Source: Geosiphon pyriformis uo1 (Eukaryota > Fungi > Glomeromycota). Taken from it: a DNA stretch of 64,000 nucleotides. Shown piece after piece: positions 54,663-64,000 of this stretch. Positions within the stretch are counted from its first letter, which is position 1; each line of letters begins with the position of its first letter. The stretch lies in contig JAAOMT010000046.1 of NCBI GenBank assembly GCA_016748015.1, positions 1 through 64,000 on the forward strand, written 5' to 3'. The translations under genes and the position numbers were made by a program. The notes below the pieces were generated by a model that worked only from the letters and a program-made list of their open reading frames with translations, made no database searches and was not told where the DNA came from.

Positions 54663-57600
54663 AAAACTTCTTTCTCTTTTATATCCACAAATCCTCAAAA
54701 AGCACTTTTCTGAAGAAGTTTTTTTATTTTATTTTCCCTGTTAGTATTTCACAATTTCTCTTTCTAATAACTTCTTTTTCATGGACTTGGAGGCTGCTTT
54801 TAGTAGTGACATGTCTAAAAAGAAGGCACCAAAGGGTGCTTTTCATGGTTCTGCAGGTGGCTCTTTCTTACAGAAAAAAAAAGTTGTGCTTGGAAATGTT
54901 AAACACTCTGGTGACGAAAAAAATATCTCTCTGAGCAGGTCTGAGCTTAGTAACAATATGTTTTCTAACATAGATAGTTTGTCTGGTAATGAAGAAGATG
55001 CTAATATAACTGGCATTAATGTTGGGTTTCTTTTGGGTTTGACTGCCAACACTTCTAAAGCAAAGTGTGTCAATACTGATGCTGTTTTTGGTTCTCTACT
55101 TAGTTTTCCCAACTTTGACATAAATGATGATGAAAAAGTATCTCTTTCTCTTTATTTCTTAATCTCTCTGGATAAAAAGTGAGTCAACTCCAAAATTGTT
55201 AAGACTTAAGTGGAAGTCTCAGTTAGGAAATCATTTGCTTTGGACATTAATCTCTTGGCTGTGGAAGAGAAATTGGCAACAGCAAAAACCCAAATCATTA
55301 GAAAAATTTTTTCAACAATCAATGGTTTTGAGAGGGCCACTACCTCTTCAAAATTTGAAGAAATCATTTGATCTACCTTTACTTTAGAAAAGAGCATGGA
55401 AATGGCCACATTATTGGCCAGAAAAAAAGAGTTTAATGTAAACAACGATCTTAAAAAACAAGAAATCCATTCAGATTGGACTGTGGTGATTAAGGAAATT
55501 TCTATGAACATGCCAAAGAAAATGATCGTCACTACAGTGTCTGTTTTTGGAGAAATCAGGTCAATTAAAATTCAGCTAATTGGAATGTGGCAAAAGGCTG
55601 TGGTGGAATTTGCCGAATTGGGGCAGGCAGAGCAACTTGCATCAAAATAATTATTCCTCATTGAGAAAGACTTAGTGCATGTGGCTATGACCATAGAAGA
55701 TTGGGATACTTGGATGTCTAGGAATTACTTTAAAGCACTTCTGTTTACTTTGCCAGTAAAAACAACTGCACATGATCTTGGTACTCTTTTGAAAGGGACT
55801 GGTGGAAAAACCTGCATCATCAATCATTCATTGAATTCTGGTAACTGAATTTGCTGTGCCATGGTTGGTTTTGGATCTGAAGAGGATTTGGAGTCTGCAT
55901 ATCACACTGAGTCAATATTTGGTGGTATTAAACTTTTTTGGGCTAAATTGGATTTGGTTTGCTGTGGGAATTGTAAATGCTTTGGTCATTCTGCTATGGA
56001 GTGTGATATACCTACTGCACCTGATGCTAAATTCTCAAGGTTTGTTAAAAAAGTCACTTTAGATATACATCACCTTCAGCTGACAAAGCTGTACATGAAG
56101 AAGAGTATTCTTATCTTCTGTTCTGCTGTTTTTGGTGACAAGTCTTGGGTATAGGTAGTTTCAATCACTTTTTCTTCTGGTGGCTCTTATTTCAGTTTTG
56201 GTTCTGGGTCTGGTTTTCCTTTTCTTGGTGTTGTCTGTAATAAAGAAAATACTTTGGACAGTCATGATAGTTTTTCAATTAACAATCATCTGGCTTCATT
56301 GGAACACTCTTTGGAATTGTTAGCTGATCAAGTATCAGATGTTTTGTGTAGATTAAATGGTGTGAAGCTGGTGTTCTTGGTGCCTGTTTCCAAAGTTGGA
56401 CATCTGGATGTTCCTATCCTTGTGTCATTAATGTCAGATGCTGATATGGTTTTGGATATTCTCCAGCTGTCTCTTTCTCCTCCATCTTTTAAAATAGAAG
56501 AAAAGACAATTGATTTGGGTTTGAGTAGTTCAAAAGTTCTGACTTCCAAAGTTGGCAGGTTGGAATCTAAAATAATAGCTCTTGAAGTTTCTATCAACTT
56601 GATTTTGGAGAAGTTGGATTTGTTGTGTGTGAATTCAGGCTCTTTGACACATTATTCACATCAATAAATGGATTTGTTTAGAGAGTGGCTATATGTAATA
56701 CTAGGAGTATGACAAATTTGGCTAAACAGGATGATATTGTTCATTGGCATAGGGATTTGGGTAATATGATTTCTATTGTTATTGAGACAAAATTGAGATC
56801 TGACATTAAGTCTTGGATTATGGATAAGTTCGATGGTGTCTGGGTTTTCACTACTGGTTTGGATGTTGGTTTTCAAGATGCTGACATTGCCATTATCATG
56901 AACACTTCTTTGGCCTGACATGTTTTGAAAGTAGATGAAATTCCTGGTCAGTTGGTTTCTGTGTGCCTTTTGTTTAAAAACAAGCTTTCAATTATGATCT
57001 TGGGTCTATATGCTAGTGCATTTGTTGGCACATGTTTTGGTCAAGCTGCTGTCATTAATTCTATGATTTCCAAGACAGTTAATTCCAGCTTTTTTGTGAT
57101 TTTGGATGGTGACTTTAATGAAAATGAATCTCAGAAGAGTGCAAGTTTCAAGTTCTGTTTGGGATTGGGCCTAGTTAATACTTTTGATGAACACTCACTG
57201 GCCAAAGCTACTACTTGGAGCAATTCTAGGAGTGTTGAGAGGGTGATTGATTTTATTTTAGTAAGTGAAAATTTGGCATCTACTATTGTATTGCATAAAG
57301 TTGATGATGTGTCTGAGTTTTTTGATACAGATCATAAGTCAATTTTAGTTTCAATTGGTCTGGGTGGGCTACTGGATGCCCATCTTATTAGCATTTGCAG
57401 ACAAGCCAACAGAGACTGGTAGAAATTCAATTTAAAGAATGTAAGTAACATTCAGTAGTTGAGCTTTAAAAACCACGTGTTTGCTGAGTTGTTGACTAGA
57501 TTGGATATGTTTGAAGAAGTGAGAGACAATAGTGACTTAAATACAATGTGGAAAATACTGAAAAAGACTGTGATACAAGCTGCCAATATAGTTTTCTCTA

Positions 57601-60600
57601 AGATTTGGTATAATAAATATAACTGTTCAAGGAATAAAGAATCTTCGAGGTTTTTTAAATTGGAACTGCTTATTGCAAAGGTTTTAAAATGTTGAAATTC
57701 CAGTGATTTTTTGAATTTCAACTGTCTTATTAAGGTCTGGTTGGCTATTGATAGTGTTGAAGCTTCCAAGATTGATAGCATGGTTTTGACCAGTATAAGC
57801 TCAGTGAAGCTGGTTAAGCATTTGTTAGTGATAAGAAAAAAGTATCAAAAGTCCAAATATTGTGAGTCTAAGATTGCTAAGAATACTACTATAAGAAAGG
57901 CTATTGACTGCCATATGGAAAATTTCTGTTCTGACAAAAAGAGAATGATAAAGAGCATTCTAGAACACCTATTTTGCAAGATAGTTTTGGATCACTTGGT
58001 AGTGGATAATGAGCTGGTAGTTGAGCCTAAAAAAGTGATGCTCAAGATTGATAAAATTATGGAAGAGTAGAAAAGAAAGTGATCAATTCTTCCAAAAATG
58101 CCTGATCTTTGGTCTCAACAATATATGCCTTTAGATTATATAAATGATGATGCTTTCTTTGGTATAATGAATGAAATTGGTATGAAAAAATTGTCCTTGG
58201 TTGTTGATAACCTGCCAAATAATAAAGCAGCTAAGTTGTCAGGAATACCTAATGAACTTTAAAAGCATTATAGTGAAGAGACTTTGGTCTGTTTTTTGAG
58301 GCTGTTGAATTTGTGTTTAAGTCAGAGTGCAGTTTTTGATCTCTGGAAAAAAGCATGGGTTTCTATGATTCTGAAATCTTATGAATGGAATGGTGTTCTA
58401 ACAAATACTAGACATATCACATTAGTCAATATTGCACATAAAATACTATCTAAGATTCTATCTGATCAGATATTATTGGCTTGTAGCAAGTTTAATGTTC
58501 TTCATAGTGACAATTTTTCAGTGTTGAAGGGTACTTCCATCCAGTTTTCTATTTTTGCTATTGGATCAATTGTTGAAGATGCTCTGGAGAAAAACAAAGA
58601 GCTTTGGTTAGTACTACAGAACATGTGCAAAGCCTATGATTTAGTAGGCTGGTATCATTTGTGAGCAAGCTTGTATCACATCAAAATGTGTGAATGCTTC
58701 ATCCAATTTTTTGGTAACATCCATGAAAACTGGATCAACAGAGTGATGACAAATTTTGGGTTCTCAGAAGACTACAAAGTACATGATAGGTTGGATCAGG
58801 AGGAGGTTTTCTTTCTACTACTTTGGAGGATCTTTTATGACCCACTTCTGTGTGAAGTAAAGAAGCATGAACACTTATGCAGATAGAGGATTAATTCTAG
58901 ATTCATGGCTAAGTCTGGCAGAATTGAGACAAATAGAAGAAAAACTTTTTTTTTGGCTGCTGGTGCCTTTGTTAATAATACAATTTGGATTGGTAATAGT
59001 CATGTATCTACACAGTATATTTTGAATATTGTCAGTGAATTTTTTGTGATCAATAACATCTCAATTAATATTGATAAAACAGTAGCTATTCCAATCAATC
59101 AAGGAATTAGAAATGTCTTACTGTTGATCAATGAATTGCCAATTTTAATTGTTAAAAAGGGAGAGCCACACTGATATTTAGGCATATTTCTGTCAACTGA
59201 GAGTCTTTCTAAACCCAGTTTGGCTCAAGCTTATATGAACGTCAAGTTTTTTTCTAATGTGATGTTAAAAAAAGTTATTATGAACAAACAATTCTGTTAT
59301 TTGGTATCAACAGTCTTGCAATCCATAGTTAGCTATTGTACACAATTCAGTTTCATTTCTTCAGCTGTGTGTCATAAGTGGGACATTATGATTAGGAAAA
59401 GTTTTAAAGCCAAAGCTGGTTTGCCACATAACTTTTCCAGTAAGGTCTTGCATTATTCTTTTTTGTATAGTTTGAAGCCCTTTGAGCAAGTACAGTCTGA
59501 AGGAAAGCTGACATTACTGATCTCATTCTCCAATAGCTGTAACATTTTGGGACACTTATTTGATTATAGATTCTTGAATTTACAAGTTCTGAGATGGTCT
59601 CCTCTGGATCCTTTACAATTTTCAGATAGGTTGCATGTTAGTCCTATAAACAATTTTTTGGCTGGAGTGGTGAAAATTTTTCTGGAAAATAAGTTGTTAT
59701 TGACAAACAATCTGCCTTGTGTCTTTTGTGGATTTGGTAACTTTCTAATGTCTAGCATCTTAAGTCAGTTCTTGTATTTCAAATCTGTTTTGTCATTAAA
59801 ACAGTTTGGTGTTGTGTTTGGTGACAGACTTCTTGATAAGAAAGAGAAGGTAATGGACTGAAAGACATTTTGTTGTTGGAAGTAGTTGGATCTAAGAGGC
59901 CCAGTGCCTTAATGGTTCTCATTAACATTTGATTTTATGACCAAATCTATTTTTTTGGGAGTCAGAGCTACTTCTGCTAATAAAAGAGATACACTAAGTG
60001 TCTTAGATTCTGATAGATTTTTTGATGTTTGTGATAGTTTACTAGAGGTGTAGTCTGATTGCATTGAGATTTATACAGATGAATTCTTAAGATATGCTGG
60101 TTCTGCTGAGGTAATAGGTGGAACAGCTGCATACTTTCCAACTGCAGATGCAGATATTGGGATTAGAGTGGATGGGCTTTTGTCCTCTACTTTGATTGAA
60201 TTGCAGGCTGTAGTATTGGCTTTAGAGTGTGTTTTATCTTTGTGCTCAGTGGTTTTGTATTCAGATAGTCAATCTGTAATTGATGCATACACTTCTAAGA
60301 CCTCTTTTACTATGCCCGATTTTCATAACCAATGTTAGATCAAAAGATTGCATATAGACAATCTTTTTAAGAGTAAAAATATTTCAATTAAGTGGGTGAA
60401 AGTTAAGAGACATTCAGGTATAGTAGGCAATGTTAAGGCTGATATATTGGCTAATAAAATGACTTTCTCATCTCTTTTTTTGCTGGTTGGGATTCAGAAA
60501 AAGTTTTTGGTTGCTGAGGAAACTGTTGTATCTGGCAATGCTCATTATTTTGTTTGAGACTTATACCAGTTAATATGCCATGCCTGTTGAGAAGCTGGTT

Positions 60601-61491
60601 CAGATTTTGATATTGTTCTAAATGTTATGATTAAGAAAATAGATTGGGGAACTACTGCAGCAGTTTGGCACCCTAATTCACATATGCTGTCTGAGTTTAC
60701 CAGTAAGAAATTAGCCAATCTGTGCACATATTTAATGAAGACTGTATACAAGTGGCTGCCAATTACAGTTAGAAAAAATTTGTATAAGAAGAGTTATCCT
60801 GGGGTGTTGTGCTTGATGTGTGGTGAAATGAAGTTATCTGACCATGTTTTTACTTGTTCTGGCAACTTTGGTCTTTGTAAGGACATTTTGGTTAAAGCTA
60901 CTAAAAAATGGTTGTCAATGTCTGGTCTTTCAAGTCTGTCTGCGTCTGCTATTCTGCTTTTATTCTTATCATGTTCTTTGGATGTAAGTCTTTATATGGC
61001 AGTTTGCAAGGGTTTTGTAATAGGAAATTGGTATGCTGAAGCTGTCTTAGTTTTTGAAAGAAAAAAAGAAGCTGTTCCAGTCCTTGTTAAATTCATTAGA
61101 TTTGTGGTGGAGTTATATCATGATAAGATATGGGCTATTAGGGCCAAGCATAGGGTGAATATGGAAAAGACTGGCTTGATTGGAAATAATGGTCTGATTT
61201 CTGGCTTGTCTGGCAGTGTGGTTTCCAGATTGTCAGCTGGTGTTGTTCATATGCTTAGTGTTATAGAATTCTTTGCTGTTAGGTTTGGTAGACGCAAATT
61301 GTGTCAATTTTTCTCTGGTTTGGATAATGGTGCTTTTGTCAGCATAAGTACATAGTATTGCCTTGTCTGGCCTGAATGGCTGGCCACATGTAGTCTGTGT
61401 GTGAGCTGCATTTAATTGGTTTTATTTAGTTTGGTTCTATGTACTAAATAGTGGTTGGGCTTCATTCATAAAACTTGTAATAAAAAAAAAA
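54663..61491 (+). mobile_element. Full-length but inactivated non-LTR retrotransposon (LINE): ORF1 with zinc knuckle; ORF2 APE-RT-RNase H-CCHC
   Basis: ORF1 54781-56667 with CGNCKCFGHSAMEC. ORF2 ~56664-61355 with IETKL, GDFNE, IDFILVS, DTDH (APE); WRIFYDPLL, AFVNNT (RT); IYTD, ELQA, YSDSQ, WVKVKRHSG..GN..AD (RNase H); CLMC..HVFTC. Poly-A tail; candidate TSD TATTATTAT (54654-54662, 61492-61500). Many in-frame stops. Confidence 0.93.
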
Positions 61492-61879
61492 TATTATTAT
61501 TTTTTATAACTTTATATTTAAATTTATATAATCATACTTTGTTTTTATAATTTAACATTAACTGTTACACAAAAATAACCAATTTTAAGATAACAACCTT
61601 AATATTTTCAAAAACTATAACAGTTTTTACAAAAAAATCTTAAAAACAAATTTTTTATAAAAAATAATATATAATATATTATTAAAAACATAAAAAAAAT
61701 TTTTTATATAATCAAAAATAATAAAAATAAAGCACTTATTAATAATTTTCAATAATTATATGTAATTTAAAGTGTTTAATTTATATGTAAAAACATAATT
61801 TAAAAATTTTACTTCTCTATAATATAAACATAAAATTTTTAAATAATATTTATTATAAAAATAATTAAAAAAATAAAAA

Positions 61880-64000
61880 ACTCTTTCTTTTATTAATTTC
61901 TTGGTCACAGTGAGAGTATAAAGTATTTAAAAAAATACACTTTTCATTTTCTTTTATTCCCCTGTTTTTGTTATTTTTTTTAGCACACTCTTATTTGTTG
62001 CTATAGATTTAGTAGACTTTTCTGCTAATAATTCTGGTTTTGTTTTGACTAAATTGGGAATTCAATCTAGCACTAAGAAAAAAGCATATGTTAAAAGTGT
62101 CTACTTTTATGATTTTTTATACAAGAAACCAAAGAAATTTGAAGTTGTTAATGGGATGGTAGATTTGTCAGCTGGTCTTATATCTGTCAACATTTTGCAA
62201 ATTGATATTAATAAATACAAAAAATCTTAAAATAATAAAGTAGATAGCAAAAAAACTAGTGTTAGTAAGATATTAGATATTAAAAACATAAAAAACATGA
62301 TTGCTAAAGAAACAAATTACATGAAATCCAATACTTTTAATACTAATAATATAATAGATAATGTAACTCTGAGAACAATATAAATAAGAACATATGTTTT
62401 AGGACAGTTGTCTAAAGTGCTATTATTTAATGATTTGAATAGTGATAAAACTAAGTTGGTGTTCTCAGTGTCTACATTTATTGGGTTTAAAAAGTTGCCA
62501 TTAGCAGAGTTATGAAGCAAAGATATTAGGAATTTTGGTTTAAACAAATTATTTGCATTGGATATCAACTTATTAGCTGTGTCTGGCAAATCTTCTGATA
62601 ATAAATTGATGGCATTAAAAAAGATTTTTTATTGTGTAAATAATTTTGAAAGAGCATTTACTTCCTTAAAATTCTTAGAATTGATTAAGTCTTTTTTTAC
62701 TTCAAAATCGAGTTTACAAAAGACTAGAGAATTGGCTATTAATATGAAAATTTTGGTCAATAGTAATGTTAGAAAACCAAACAGCCATTCAAATTAGAAA
62801 GTAATCATCAAAAAGATCTTAGTAGATCTCTTCAAATCAGCTATAAAATCAGTGTTTTTTAAATTTGGTAAGATTGTTTCAATTAAGTTGTAATTGATTG
62901 GTCTTTGGCAAAAGATCTTAATAGAATTTGAGTCATCAGATATTGCTAATTTAGTTGCCTCCAAATAATCAGTTTTCTTGAAAAAAATTCTGTACATATA
63001 GTATTAACAATTAATGATAAAAAATCATAGATATTTAGGAATCTCTATTAAGCTTTATTGTATACTTTGCCAATTGGTATTATTGTTCATAATTTATCTG
63101 ATTTATTAGAATTATATAGTAAAAAGACTTGTTTTGTTGGTTATAATCTGAGTTTATATGTGTATAATAAGTGTGCTATGGTTTGTTTTGTTAATAAAGC
63201 ATTCAAAATAATTACTATTAGCTATACTCTAGTTTTTAAAGATGTAAACTTGCATTGGACTGGTTTTTTTTTGGCCTGTTGTGCCTAATGCAAACAACTT
63301 AATTATGTTTTTGGTATGTGTTTAGTGGATAAAAATTTTGGTAGTCATAATAAATGTGTAGTAACTTTTCAAAATCAAATTCATTTAGCCAACATATATA
63401 GAAAGAAGCAGGCACTAATTATTTACTCAGTTTTTTTTGGTAATAAAACTTGAACTCAGATTGCTGATGGTTTTACTTCTTGTGTAGTCTCTTTGGTTTT
63501 TTTCAGTATTGGTTTGTTCTTGAATGTGAAATCTCTTTTACTGGCTTTTTTAAATATAAGTGATAAGTTTGCCACTTTTAAGTGTAGTTTTGCTAGCTTT
63601 GTAAAGCAGATTGATAAGCTGGTTAAGAAATTGAACACACTTGGGCCAACAATTTTCCAGTCTAGTCCTAAATATCAGCCATTAGTAACTTTTTTATTAC
63701 AGAATCAAAAGTGATAAGTAAGGATTTAAATGTGGCCACTAGTAATAAGACTGTTATAGAAGTAGTAGTTTTTGACCAAATATTCATTTCAAAATTAAAA
63801 AAGAATATAAACAGTTTGTTGGCTATAGTTATGGCTCTAATGACCAAGATAGACAATTTTAATTTGGGTGTAAAAAATTTCTCTTTTCAATGACAAATTT
63901 GGTTTAAAAAATGGCCACTTGTAATATTAAAGATCTCAATATCTCTGCCAAACAAAAAAATATTGTTTATTGGCATGTGAATTCTGATAACATAGTTTCT
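61880..64000 (+). mobile_element. 5' part of a second, related and more eroded LINE (ORF1 and start of ORF2), truncated by the window edge
   Basis: FALDINLLAV, KKIF..N.FERA.TS.KF, LIGLWQK, TLP.G..VHNL parallel ORF1 of the first LINE. ORF2 begins at 63890 (M..LV*KMATCN..AKQ.NIV.WH). Confidence 0.85.

Overview
Eukaryotic, very AT-rich fungal genomic DNA with short spliceosomal introns. The gene set and TE families point to Mucoromycota/Glomeromycotina, possibly a Geosiphon-like genome (inference). Host genes: two inverted copies of an ANKRD16-like ankyrin gene (one pseudogenised, one spanning an assembly gap), an intronless Sel1-repeat gene, a UPF0658-like membrane protein, STE20/PAK kinase, a compact MMS22/Mus7-like gene, CWF18/CCDC12, ANKRD39-like, and mRNA guanylyltransferase CEG1 with a ~560-aa disordered tail. 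Mobile DNA: a decayed Ty3/gypsy element with a Ginger-type DNA transposon inserted into its RT, a second hypermutated Ginger copy, a full-length but dead RNase H-bearing LINE plus the 5' part of another, several non-autonomous retroposons that share the LINE 3' tail, and a tRNA-box SINE-like repeat. Best hidden signal, not shown by the ORF track: a frameshifted, intron-containing Fanzor1 (eukaryotic TnpB/Cas12-like RuvC nuclease) relic at ~38.6-39.7 kb (- strand). A hairpin-rich segment follows it where an omegaRNA would be expected, and this segment now doubles as the MMS22 promoter region. Also notable is a position-dependent C>T/G>A hypermutation, not restricted to CpG, that destroys TEs but spares gene-proximal DNA and a linked gene duplication. 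All homology calls come from manual motif recognition; no searches were run.
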